From assembly GCF_006345805.1 (NCBI RefSeq), contig NC_043020.1, positions 6,634,001 through 6,698,000 on the forward strand: a DNA stretch of 64,000 bases. The letters run 5' to 3'. The position numbers were made by a program, and so were the translations under genes. The DNA is from Octopus sinensis. Taxonomy: Eukaryota. Below, piece after piece: positions 38,428 through 51,489 of this stretch (its first letter is position 1; the number at the start of each line of letters is the position of its first letter). The notes under the pieces were generated by a model. The model saw nothing but the letters and a program-made list of their open reading frames with translations. It was not told the DNA's origin and did not search any database.

Positions 38428-39301
38428 CCGTCTTCTGTTTTTTACTCGTTTCAGCATGGCCGAACGACGGCCATGCTGGAGCACCGCCTTGGAGGGTTCC
38501 AGTCGAACAAATCGACCTCCGACATCCAGCCCCTACCGTTGCCCAGTACTTATGTATTTTTGAAAGTCTGGTGCTTGTTATATCGTTCTCTTTTACTGAA
38601 CCGCTATGTTACCGAACGCGGGCGTAAACAAACCAATATCGGTTATCAGCATGAGTGGAGGGACACACAAACACACACATATATACATACACGTTTATAT
38701 ATAACACGTGTATGCATGTATACACACACACACAGCAGGCTTCCACACAGTTTCCATCTACGGAATTCACTCACGAGACATCGGTTGGCTCGGGGTTATA
38801 CAGAAGATAATTGCCCGAGGTGACACGCAGCAGGACCTGGGAAATAGTGTGTGAACACCACCACCGCTTGACAACCAGTATTGGTTGGTTTACGTCCTCA
38901 AAACATAGCGGATCGGACTCATGAAGTAAGGGGTTAACGTTTACAACTTGACCCGGAAGGGTTAAGGCGAACATTAACCAAAATACGTACCATACTTGAA
39001 AAAAAAAATCTATTAGTACCAGAGGTCAATTTGTTCGACCAAATCCTTCAAACAGTGCCCCATATGGCCGCAGTCCAATGACTGAAAGATGTGTGCGTGT
39101 GTGTGCACAGGCCTGCTTGCTTGCATTTTTAACAAAGAGAAAAGTGCAGACAAAGAGCTCCTGCATGCACAGGTATGAGAAAACTAACAAAGGCGGTGGT
39201 GGGCGCTGTCCCGCCTTCTCTATCTCTGACCAATGAATGATAAGACATTTTACTTAGGGTTCAAACTTAGTTTCACCAATAATACATTATGACATCATAC
39301 G

Positions 39302-39332
<31 letters not shown>

Positions 39333-39334
39333 GG

Positions 39335-39690
39335 GAGAGTTTACGAAAAACACAAAAGACGAAGACAGGTGGTGTACAAAAGTTTTTTTACGTTTCGAGC
39401 CTACGCTCTTCTACAGAAAGGGACAGAAAAAAACAAGGAGAGAAACGTGAGAAAAAAGGAGAGAAAAAAAAAATATATATATATATTTTTTTTTATAGAA
39501 GGAGCTTCTACAGGACTAGAACTGTTTCATTCAAATGAAATCATCAGGAAGCTTGCTGTCACAATAAGTTCTGGCATTTATACATTTAGGCAGATTTAAT
39601 GGGGTGGTGGTGGGGGACATTTTTTGGGTAAGCAGGGCACAACTGTCTTTCTTAGGGAGTGGTCGACTCAACCCGGGACCTACTATATGA
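39335..39690 (-). mobile_element. Family F/Penelope-like terminal fragments carrying hammerhead motifs
   Basis: F sequence at 39335-39470 and hammerhead-bearing segment at 39495-39690, bounded by (TA)n. Confidence 0.55.
39503..39553 (-). ncRNA. Type I hammerhead ribozyme
   Basis: Minus strand agcttc-CUGAUGA-u-uuc(auuu)gaa-u-GAA-Acag(uucuaguc)cugU-A-gaagcu: 6-bp stem I, intact core, 4-bp stem III, GUA cleavage triplet; the only defect is U.U at 10.1-11.1. Confidence 0.8.
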
Positions 39691-39706
39691 TATATATATA
39701 TATATA

Positions 39707-39745
<39 letters not shown>

Positions 39746-40029
39746 TATTTTGTGTGTCTTTACGAACATGCATCTTTTGTTTTATATTATGTATATATAC
39801 CCAATCATATATAGTTTGCAATAACGATGTGTGTGTAAATAGGTCTAATACTGCAAACAGGAGAATGGAATTCACAGCAGTGTGTGTATGTGTGTATACA
39901 CAAACACACGTACATGCATAGACACATATCTACATACATGTATGTATGTATGTATGCATATTTTAAATATTTTCGGAATGATACTGTAGTGTCCGTAGGA
40001 AAAGATTAATGCCTTAGTTTTAGGTGTGA

Positions 40030-40214
40030 GAGAGACTTAGAGAGATGATAGAGTGATGGAGAGGATGAATGAGAGAGGGAGAGAGATTGACAAAGAGAAA
40101 TACAGGGGTGAATGAGAGGGGGAGAGAAAGAGAGTAACAGATTGAAAGAGAAAGGTGATAGAGAATGAGCGAGAGAGATTGAATGGAAAAGAAAAACAAA
40201 GGTTTGAGAGTGTA

Positions 40215-40308
<94 letters not shown>

Positions 40309-40640
40309 AAGAAAGAGAGAGAGAGAGAAAGAAAGAGAGAGAGAGAGAAAGAAAGAAAGAGAGAAATAGAGAGAGAAAGAAATAGAGAGAGAGAAAGAGA
40401 AAGGGAGAGAGAGACTGACGGAATTAAGATAAACGTGATTGAGAATGATTGGGAGGGGGGAGAGACAGACGGATTGACAGGGTGAAAGAGAAAGACAAAG
40501 CAAGAGTGATAGGAGAAATGAATGAGAAAGAGAGAGAAGATAGATAGATAGAGAGACAGAGAGAGAGTGAAAGAGAAACACGAATGAGAGAGCAAGAGAG
40601 AGAGAGAGAGAGAGAGAGAAAGAATACGACGAGAGAGAGA
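40030..40640. repeat. GA-rich low-complexity and (TG)(TA)(GA) microsatellite block
   Basis: Direct inspection. Confidence 0.9.
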
Positions 40641-40846
40641 AAAAAATCTCGGTGTTCGTATTACATAAGTTATTTATAAAGGCAGGGACGATTGCTATGG
40701 TTATTTATAGCCAGAAACAGACAGGATGTGGCTGACATCGTCACATGGTGAGCTACAATAACAACAACAATAATAATCATTATAATAATAAATGTAATTA
40801 TATATTAATTATTTAGATTTATTCCGATCACCCCCCCTCTCGTTAC

Positions 40847-40873
40847 CTGCTCTCTGCACTTCTTCTCCGTATG
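40847..40873 (-). CDS. Candidate 27-nt microexon (phase 1-1: x-YGEEVQRA-x)
   Basis: Minus strand gctgacattgatttcag|CATACGGAGAAGAAGTGCAGAGAGCAG|gtaacg in unique sequence; splice-motif evidence only. Confidence 0.25.
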
Positions 40874-41037
40874 CTGAAATCAATGTCAGCCTCACATTTT
40901 TTTTTCTATCACTTTACACGTTTGTGAGTGTGTGTGTTTGTATATATGTGTGTATGTATATATATGTATATATATTATATAAAAGGGCTTAGTAAAATAA
41001 ATTACTTTGCCGCATACTGAACTCATTAGAAATAGTA

Positions 41038-41082
<45 letters not shown>

Positions 41083-41204
41083 GGAGTAAACACATAAATG
41101 TGAAACAAGGTGGAAAAAAAAAAGAGTACTCAAATACCAGAGGTAGAGTAATATGCTTTATTTAAAAGCAACAAGAATATATATTTCTGCTGCTTTTAAA
41201 TAAA

Positions 41205-41450
41205 GTGTGTGTGTGTATCTATCTATCTACCTATTTATCTATCTATCGATCTATCTATCTATCTATCTTTCTACCTATCTATCGATATATCTACCTATCC
41301 ATCTATCTACCTATCCATCTATCTACCTATCTATCTATCTATTTATCTATCTATCTATTTATCTATCTATCTACCTATCTATCTATCTACCTATCCATCT
41401 ATCTATCTATCTATCTATTTATCTATCTATCTATTTATCTATCTATCTAC

Positions 41451-41509
<59 letters not shown>

Positions 41510-41516
41510 CCTATCC

Positions 41517-41557
<41 letters not shown>

Positions 41558-41690
41558 CCTATCCATCTATCTATCTATCTATCCATCTATCTATCTATCT
41601 ACCTATCTATCTATCTATCTATCTATCTTTCTACCTATCTATCTATCTATCTAGCTAGCTATATCTATCTGTATGTATGTATGTGTGTGT
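41205..41690. repeat. (CTAT)n microsatellite
   Basis: Direct inspection. Confidence 0.97.
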
Positions 41691-41832
41691 TTGTGTGTAC
41701 ATATCTATCTATCAACACATACGCACACTAAGATATGTATATTTGTGTGTTAAATATACACACATATATAGATATATATGTGTATATACACACACATTTG
41801 CGCGTGTATTATATACAGATATGTATGCGTGT

Positions 41833-41877
<45 letters not shown>

Positions 41878-42489
41878 ATGCATACACACATACATAATTA
41901 TCCGTCATACTGTAAGAGTCGTAAAATACATAAATACATATATAAACACAGTACCCAACGTGTATATATATGTGTGTATGGGGTGATGTTTTGCTTATTT
42001 CGTTTTAAAGTGACAGCTACCGCGAAGTTTCGCCAAGTAGGGCTTTTCAATGTTGGTGCTTACGTAATTGTCAGTGAGAAACGGGCCTCTTTTAGGTTCT
42101 ATTTAGTTATATACTGCAGTCGCTAGCTTCGTAATCCGTCTACCTTTCCTTTTACTCGACTCAGTCATTGCGATTAGTTCAGCTGACCTCATCGCAGCGG
42201 TGTCCTACGCTGATTCAGTTGAACTAATTCCATTGGCCTCCTTTGCCGACGTTAAGTTAGGGGAAACGTAAACAAACCAACATCGGTTGTCAAGCGGTGG
42301 TGGGACACGCTGACATACACGGGCTTTCTTCAGTTTCCGTCAACCAAATCAACAGGTAAGGCTTCGGTCAGCCCGAGGCTATAGCAGAAGATATTTGCAC
42401 AAGGTGCCACGCAGTGGAACTGAACCCGGGAGCCAGGCAAACGTCTTACCATACAGCCAGGCTTACCTGCTCAGTACTCGTCTTAATGA

Positions 42490-42614
42490 AATATATACAT
42501 ATCACATTACACACACGCACATATAAGCATGTGTGTGCATATATATAAAGATATATACATGTATACACACACGCGAAAATACATATGTACATACATATGT
42601 GTGTGTGTGTGTAT

Positions 42615-42671
<57 letters not shown>

Positions 42672-43116
42672 CACACACACACATATATATACATATATAT
42701 GTATATACATATATGTAGTTATATATACATATATATAGTTATATATATATATATACATATAGAGATATACATATATATAAAACATATACATATACATACA
42801 TATATATATACATACATATATATACACACATACATATATATATACACACATACATATATATATATACATACATACACATATATATACACACATACACATA
42901 CATATATATATACACACATACATATATATATATACATACATACATATATATACACACATACACATACATATATATATACACACATACATATATATATATA
43001 TACATACATATATATATATATACATATATATACATACATACATACATATATATACATATATACACATACATATATACACATACATATATACACATACATA
43101 TATACACATACATATA

Positions 43117-43148
<32 letters not shown>

Positions 43149-44040
43149 CATACATACATATATATACATATATACACATACATATATACACATACATATA
43201 TATATACATACATACATACACACACACAGGTACACATAACCATATGTCGACCAAACTACGTATATTTAGTCCGGGTTCTTAAGAATGTGTGTCGTACACA
43301 TTCTATGTACGACTGGATCAATAAAGACACTCGCAAAGTGCACGGAGACAATCATTATTACACGCACACAGGCAATGTATGTATTTTGTTGACATTCCAA
43401 GGGCAGCCTTGGACGGTTTCTAGCCAGAGGATTTTTTTTTATACCCGATACGTACACACTATCATTATAGCCGTATCTGCTTCGAGTTTCACTGTGCCAT
43501 CCCCCCCCCCCACGAGAAATTTACGCAATTGCTTGTCTCTCGGTGCTGTGCTAATATAAATATGTCGCAGTTTCACTTTGATACCTGTTGTCTGTCTGCC
43601 TGCACACACACACGTATATACATGCATACACACATATATACATATACATAATGCATACACACATATACATGCATTCACACACATACATACATACGAATGC
43701 ATACATGCATACACACATATATACATGTATACACATATACATATGATTACATACATGCATATATATATGCATACACACATACATACCTGCATACACACGC
43801 ACACACACATATATATACATATAAATACATACATACACACACACACACACATATATACATACATACACATACATGCATACACACATATATACATGTATAC
43901 ACACACATATACATATGACTACATACATACATATATATATGCACACACACATACATACTTGCATACACATACATCCATATACATACACACATACAAGCAT
44001 ATACATACACGAAGCCATACAGGTATGCATGCACACACAC
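42490..44040. repeat. Two (TA/CA)n tracts (42490-43230, 43600-44040) around a 370-bp unique segment
   Basis: Direct inspection. Confidence 0.9.
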
Positions 44041-44654
44041 ACGGTTTGTCCCGCGTGACCCTTATTTCTAATTACATAACCCCCGTATAAATCCGTTCAG
44101 GTCCTTCACCGTGTATTTAAAACGTCTGTACCTAACGTCTGTACCTAACGTCTGTCCCGTGACAAACAAACAATGAAATCATTATTGATTTATTACTAAT
44201 TACTAAAGCAGTCCAATCGATCACTCAATCACGTCTGCCGAAAACGCAGTGTTTTGGATTCGATGGTGACCACATAGGTGACCGCAAAGGACCGTAAATT
44301 TCTCTCTCTGCCACGCACTTCTAAGAGTTTTTTCTTTTAATTGTAGTTAATTTAGGCCACGAAAATAAATTCGATTTGCTTATTCCGTGCATCGTTATAT
44401 AACTGAGGCGGAGACTGCAGCCTATGAAGGGTATCGCTTTCGCTCGGTCGTTCGATTTGTTAGAAATAGCAGCCAAATTCCTCCCCTCCCTCTCAAATTC
44501 CATGCTACCCGAAGAAGCTACCCAACAACAGAAAGAAGCAAGATAAATGTGTCGAAAAGCGTCAACTGACATTGTTCACGCATAAGCTACACATACACAC
44601 ACACACACATATATATATATTATATATACATACACACCTGTATACTATATCTAT

Positions 44655-44798
44655 TTCTTTCATACCCACAAGGGGCTAAACATAGAGGGGACAAACAAGG
44701 ACAGACAAAGGGATTAAGTCGATTACATCAACCCCAGTGCGTAACTGGTACTTAATTTATCGACCCCGAAAGGATGAAAGGCAAAGTCGACCTCGGCA
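44655..44798 (-). mobile_element. Family B SINE, 3' part
   Basis: cccacaaggggctaaacatagagg...ggcaaagtcgacctcggc. Confidence 0.9.
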
Positions 44799-45199
44799 CC
44801 TGTATACTATATCTTCATACCTATACATGTCTTAATTACACTCACCTATATACAGCTTGCCCTTTCTCCCTCTCTCTGTATCTGTTTGTGCGTATAATAT
44901 ACGTGTGAGTGTGTATATATAAAATGTATATACGTTATTTTTTTCTCTTTTACTTGTTTCAGTGGTAAGACTGCGGCCATGCTGGGGCAATGTCTTGGGG
45001 GAATTTTAAGTCGAGCGAATCGACACCAGCATTTATTTTTCTTTTCAAAGCTTGGCACTTTGTTCTGTGGGCCTATTTTACCCAACCAATACGTTACGGG
45101 GACGTAAACACACCAACACCTGTTGTCAAACGGTAACAAACAAAGACACACACACACGACAGGCTTCTTTCAGTTTCCGTCTATCAAATCAATTCACAA

Positions 45200-45980
45200 G
45201 GCTTTTATATATTATATATTATATATATATACATATATTAAATGTATATTATATAATATATATTTATAAATACGGACACTATCTTCATATCTATGCAATT
45301 CTTACTTATCTACACACCTATATGCATATTTACCTTTCTACCTTTCTGCGTATTCATCAATAACCCCCCCCCCGCCACATATACATAACTATATATACAT
45401 AGATATTTACATACCTATATATCTATCTATATATATATATACATATATATACATACATACCTATATATATATATATATACACATATATATACATACCTAT
45501 ATATATATACATATATATACATACCTATATATATATACACATATATATACATACCTATATATATACACAAATATATACATACATATATATATATACACAT
45601 ATATATATACATTCATATATATATATATATATATACACATATATATACATACATACATATATATATATATATACATACCTATATTATACATACATACCTA
45701 TATATATATACTATATACATACCTATATATATACATATATATACATACCTATATATATACATATATATACATATCTATATATACATACCTATATATATAT
45801 ATATATATACACATATATACATACCTATATATATATATACATTCCTAAATACATACCTATATATATACACACATATATACATACCTATATATATATATAC
45901 ACACACACATATATATGCATACCTATATATATATACACACACACATATATACATACCTATATATATATATACACACACGC
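45200..45980. repeat. (TA)n/atacct compound microsatellite
   Basis: Direct inspection. Confidence 0.9.
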
Positions 45981-46589
45981 ATTGTCTGTGTTTCTTACGT
46001 TGCACTAAAATCGATGCGCCATTTATCGATCTAAACCAATCATCAAACACGCACACACAGAAACGGTAACAAAGAATTTACGAAACAGCCTAAGTATTAA
46101 TAATAATAATAATAATAACAATAATAATAATCACAAGAACATCGGTGACGACTAAACAAAAACAAAAAAAAAATCGAAGACATTGAACCTGAAATTTGGT
46201 AAACTGCGCGATTCCATGCGAAAGATTTTTGAAGTGAGGTCAAGGTTGTTTGAAGAACCAAAATTGGAATAAATTCTTCGTGAACAACATTACATATAAT
46301 AGAAGACAGACGGTCAATGAGGGCGACTCTGCATCGTTATCATCATCATCATTATCACCAACACAACTACTACCACCACAGCCACCACTATCATCATCGT
46401 CATCATCAACACCACCACCACCTTGAACGAACGGTAGAGTCGCTAAAAGGTCACGCTAAATGCTAGAAACAGCAGCCAAATACCCCTAAAAAAAAAGCAA
46501 CAACAAAACATTCCTGTTGCCTAAAATAAAACGTAATCCCTGATATCTATCTATCTGCAAGTTTTTTACATTCTGTTATTTTCCCTTAA

Positions 46590-46710
46590 TCTCTTCTGTT
46601 GAAGAGCGTAGGCTCGAAACGTAAAAGACTTTTTCATTTTACCCGAGCGTCAAACTATTACACTCGCTTGTTGTTCATACACCTGTCTTCGTCTTTTTTG
46701 TTTTTCTATA
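46590..46710 (+). mobile_element. Family F fragment with hammerhead-like motif
   Basis: ctgttga-a-gagc(gtag)gctc-gaaacgta; reverse complement of 1-135. Confidence 0.6.
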
Positions 46711-46872
46711 AATTTCATCTGCTTGTCTGTCTGTCTTTATATCTATCTTTATTTATCTATCTATCTGTCTATCTATCTACCTATCTATTTGCCTACCTAC
46801 CTACCTACCTACCTACCTACCTACCTACCTATCTATCTATCTACCTATCTACCTACCTACCTACCTACCTAC

Positions 46873-46909
<37 letters not shown>

Positions 46910-47194
46910 ATCTATCTATCTATCTATCATCTATCTATCTATATGTGTGTCTGTCTATCTATCTTTATCTATCTATTTATCCGGAGTGGTCATCATTGGA
47001 ATATCTGAGATCACAGACCTACAAGATCAGGGTTGATCTGGGGGTTAAACAATAGTAAAAATATCAAGCATTAACACTACGAGGCAACGAACAAAGCAGG
47101 GGGGGGGGGAGAGCTTGTATGTGGTTGCTTGGACTACTAGAAATAGCAGCCAAAAATCTCCCACAAATCACAACTAAGCCGTACTCTCTTAACT

Positions 47195-47832
47195 TTTTTC
47201 TATTACTTGTTTCAGTCATTTGATTCTGGCCATGCTGGAGCACAGCCTTTAGTCGAACAAATCGACCCCGGGACTTATTCTTTGTAAGCCTAGTACTTAT
47301 TCTATCAGTCTCTTTTGCCGAACCGCTAAGTTACAGGGACGTAAACATACCAACATCAGTAGTCAAACGACGCCGGGGGAGACAAACACACATACACACA
47401 CACATATATATACAGGAGGCGCAATGGCCTAGTGGTTAGGGCAGCGGACTTGCGGTCGGAGGATCGCGGTTTCGATTCCCAGACCGGGCGTTGTGTGTGT
47501 TTATTGAGCGAAAACACCTAAAAGCTCCACGAGGCTCCGGCAGGGGATGGTGGTGATCCCTGCTGTACTCTTTCACCACTCTAAAAGGCGGTGCTCCAGC
47601 ATGGCCGCAGTCAAATGACTGAAACAAGTACATAAAAAAAAAAAAAAAATAAATAAATAAATAAATATATATACGACGGGCTTCTTCCAGTTTCCATCTA
47701 CCAAATCCACTCATAAAGGTTTGGTCAGCTCAAGACTTTAGTAGAAGACACTTGCCCAAGATGCCATGCAGTGGGACTGAACCTGGAACCATGTGGTTGG
47801 TAAGCAAGCTTCTTACCGCACAGTCACACCTA
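47195..47832 (-). mobile_element. Family A SINE interrupted by a chimeric D-head/A-tail SINE (47415-47665, plus)
   Basis: A tail 47195-47410 and A head 47670-47832; the insert carries the D head to ~47582, then aaaaggcggtgctccagc...gaaacaagt and an A-rich tail; atatatatac on both sides. Confidence 0.8.
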
Positions 47833-47879
47833 GCCACACCTGTAGAAATTCATAGTTTTAGCCCTTGGTAAAGTATATC

Positions 47880-48225
47880 TGATTGGCCGTGCGGTAAGAA
47901 GCTTGCTTCTCAACCACATGGTTCCGGGTTCAGTCCTTGTGAGTGGATTTGGTAGATGGAAACTGAAAGAAGCCCGTCGTATATATATATATATATATAT
48001 GTGTGTATATGTGCTTTGTGTTTGCCCCTCTCCACCACTGCTTGACAACCGGTGTTGGTGTGTTTACGTCCCCGTAACTTAGCAGTTCAGCAAAAGTGGC
48101 CGATGGAATAAGTACCAGGCTTAAAAACAAAAGCATACCGGGGTTGATTCATTCGACTAAAAATTCAAGGCGGTGCCCCAGCATGGCCACAGCCCAATGA
48201 CTGAAACAAGTAAAAGATGAAAGAT
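47880..48225 (+). mobile_element. Family A SINE with internal deletion in the head
   Basis: ggttcagtcc joined directly to ttgtgagtggatttgg. Confidence 0.85.
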
Positions 48226-48664
48226 ATGACAGGATGGCCACGAATGGAACACCTTTGATTATAGATCTACTGGAATGGGACTGGTCTACGTTTAGCAATA
48301 ACCACTACTAACATCACCACCAAAACTACCAACACCACCACTACCATTGCAAACAGTACCAACACTACTTCTACCTATGCAACCACAAGGACCACCACTA
48401 CTATGGCCAATGCTATATCAGAAAATCTTGCATGAGGTCATTCAACTTGCTATTAATAGAAGCCAGATCTTGGTCAAATTATACAGTATTGACTTCGACA
48501 AAGAACAAAAATGAAGGAGGCCTGTAGTCCGAGATAGACTTATGTCTGCAGGATCTAACAAGAATAATTAGATATAATTTGTCTTTACAAACTATACTAA
48601 GCACACACACGTCTGTGTGTATGTATGTGTATATATATATATCTCCATTCTCCTCTTCATTTTC

Positions 48665-48719
<55 letters not shown>

Positions 48720-49398
48720 CACACACACACACAAGCATGAATATACATGTCTGCAGACATACACACACATCAATATATAGACACATACATATACACACAC
48801 ACAGGTGCAGACATGGCTGTGTGGTAAGAAGTTTGCAGTGCAATCACATGGATCTGGGTTCAGTCCCACTGCATGGCACCTTGAGAAAGTGTCTTTTAAA
48901 ATAGCCTTGGGCCGAGCAAAGCCTTGAGTGGATTCGGTAGATGGAAACTGAAAGAAGCCCATCATAAATATATTTTTTTATTCTTTTACAAGAACACTCT
49001 TGCCCAAGGTGCCATGCAGTGGGACTGAACCCGGAACCATGTCGTTGGGAATCAAGCTTCTTACCACACAAGATATATGTATATGCATGCTTGTGTGTCC
49101 CCTTGTCCTGTTTGCAAATGAGTATCATCATTGTACAGGTGAGGTGGTTTGTTCCTAGTTTTCCATGAAAACATGCCTAGCAAGGCAACAACATTCCCTT
49201 GCTTGGAAACAGGTGAGGGTTGACAACAGGAAGGGCATCCAGCTGTAGAAAAAATCTGCCTCAGTAACTTGCATCCAACCTATGCTGGCATAGAAAAATA
49301 ATGATGAAGCTGCCGCACAATAATCCCTCACCATATTGCGGTTTATTATTTAAGCTTATGTCGATTCCTCAGTGGTGGTGTTTTGCATTTATAATAAA

Positions 49399-49777
49399 AC
49401 TAGCAGTAGGGCCCGGTGTTGCCCAGGTTTGTTTCGACCCTTTAGAATTGGAATTTTTGAAAAGTAAAAATTTTGCATTATGTAGCTTGTTATTCTCTTT
49501 ACGTGAACATTTTTCTGGTTGAAATAGACCGAAAAATGGTGACACAGCAGTCAAAAAAATCGTAAAGAAAAGGGATGTTCATAGAAAAAAAGCACCTTTT
49601 TGATGTAAATAGTTTTTGGCCTTAACATGGTCTGATTTGAATTTTTTCCTCTACGGAATGAAGAGCAAGCCTTCTTCTATCATACTCTCAATTTTGGTGA
49701 ACTTGCGCCACAGGGTCTCGGAGGAGATAGTGTTAGTTGAAAGCTACCAAACCTGCCACACACACAGACAACTTCAG

Positions 49778-49810
<33 letters not shown>
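49399..49810 (+). mobile_element. Non-autonomous Helitron/Helentron-like element
   Basis: actagcagtagggcccggtgttgcccagg start and acacagacaacttcagctttatatatata end, resembling Lep1/HINE-type architecture. Confidence 0.6.
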
Positions 49811-49812
<2 letters not shown>

Positions 49813-49869
49813 AATTATAAAAATAATAAAAAGTACAGTATTGTTTCTACTTCGTGGATTTTCACCTGA

Positions 49870-50123
49870 GGCAAAATGTCAAATTTGTTTGTGTTGGGGT
49901 GACAGTCAAGAAAGACGGAGGGGGAACGGAAAATATAAAGAACAGAATATTGAAAGTTCAGAGAGAATTCTACAATCTAACAAAGGTGCGGAGAAGCGAA
50001 GGTGTAGGCTGCAGAATGAAGCTGGAACTGTTCAAAACATAGGTTCAACCACTGTTACTCTACGGATGTGAAAACAGGCAAGCAACAAACATGGATGGAA
50101 AAAAAATGAACAGCTACTGATTC
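49870..50123 (+). mobile_element. Old RTE LINE ORF2 remnant, resuming at ~50612-50645 and 51133-51250
   Basis: VKFVCVGVTVKKDGGGTENIKNRILKVQREFYNLTKVRRSEGVGCRMKLELFKT*VQPLLLYGCEN; after the CR1, MDSY*FTCLRRILNIKW. Confidence 0.8.
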
Positions 50124-50213
50124 TGGCTATTTTTGTCCATCCTCAGTGGCAGACACCTGTCCACTACAGGTGGCAGTAGCTTGCAATATATAGAAAGTTT
50201 GATCACTGTTACT

Positions 50214-50620
50214 CTCATCATCATCCAGTGTTTTAAATCCAGGTGTTAACAGGTGTGGCTGGATCTACCACAATGCCATAGCAACCGTCCTCACACCATC
50301 TCACCCGGTTTGGGGCATTCTCCCTCCTCAAGGCAACCCTCCCAATCTTCTCCTCCACCTGTCCCCTCCACGTTTTCCTTGGTCTACCTCGCTTTTGCTG
50401 TCCTGTTACCTCAAACTCTAGCATCCTCTTCAGAACTTGCTCCTCATCCCTCCTCAACACATGCCCATACCACTGCACTCCATTCGCCCTTGCCAGCCGA
50501 TCCCTCCAAGCCCAGTATCCCCATCAAGTCCTCAGTCCTCCTCTTATCAAACAGCCCCACGCCACACATTTCTCTCACCATTGCTCTCTTGGTCCTTCTC
50601 AAAACTGCCATCTCTACGGA
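50214..50620 (-). mobile_element. RTE LINE 3' end (second family) with (tga)n tail
   Basis: EMAVLRRTKRAMVREMCGVGLFDKRRTEDLMGILGL...NGVQWYGHVLRRDEEQVLKRMLEFEVTGQQKRGRPRKTW. Confidence 0.9.
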
Positions 50621-50645
50621 TGTAAAAACTGGAAAGGGACAAAAA

Positions 50646-51132
50646 TTTCCTCAAAGACATACATCATCTCGAAAGAGTCCAGAAGCTGGCTACCCGCATG
50701 GTTCTTGGTCTCAAGCATTTGTCTTATGAAGAAAGGCTGAAGACGCTTGACCTTTATTCTCTAGGAAAACGCCGCCACCGTGGTGATCTCATTCTCGCTC
50801 ACAACATTATAAGCGGAAAGTGTAACCTCTCAAAAGAGCTATTCTTCACTCCTGCTCCAGAGCGTAGGCTGCAGGGTCACTCCGAAAAGCTCTATCTGCG
50901 ACGATTTCATCTCAATCGAAGGAGAGGGGCTTTCTCCGTCCGGGTTGCAGATCCGTGGAATAAGCTGCCGGACGAGATGGTGAAGATGCCGACGACCGCT
51001 CGGTTCAAAGTCTCTCTTGACCAGAAATGGCCTGAACTCTTTGCATGAACACCCCCTCCCTGTACATAACTCCCTGTCCCCCTACATGGCCTTGCTTTAT
51101 GCTTTTTGAGCCCAAAAAATTAACTTAACTTA
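50646..51132 (+). mobile_element. CR1 LINE 3' end, ORF still open, (ttaac)n tail
   Basis: FLKDIHHLERVQKLATRMVLGLKHLSYEERLKTLDLYSLGKRRHRGDLI...GHSEKL...FSVRVADPWNKLPDEMV...FKVSLD is the typical CR1 ORF2 terminus. Confidence 0.93.
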
Positions 51133-51489
51133 AAAATGAAAGTAAAAATAATGGACAGCTACTGATTCACATGCTTAAGGAGAATACTCAACATCAAGTG
51201 GCTGCTAAGAATCTAGAATGATACATTTGAGACAACAATAGGGGAATGAACAGGGGTCAGTGACCCTACAGTGTGTACTGGGTGCTTTTATTCATCTCGC
51301 CAGCATTTGTGAGGTCAGCAAATACGTTGCAAGATAGGAAAAGAATGGAAAAGGGGGAAAGGCCCCATGATTAAGTGGTGGGGGAGGGGAATTAGGGAAG
51401 AGGTGGTGGCTTCATGCCATGCCAGGTGCAGAGAGGTTTAAGCAGCCATGGTTGACCAGGAGCTTGTAGGACTTTTTGAATGGTACACG

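Noticed and set aside
42455-42495. Apparent 15-nt minus-strand microexon with CAG|gtaagc donor
   Set aside because: The donor overlaps the degenerate head of a family A SINE, the acceptor is weak, and there is a stop in phase 1
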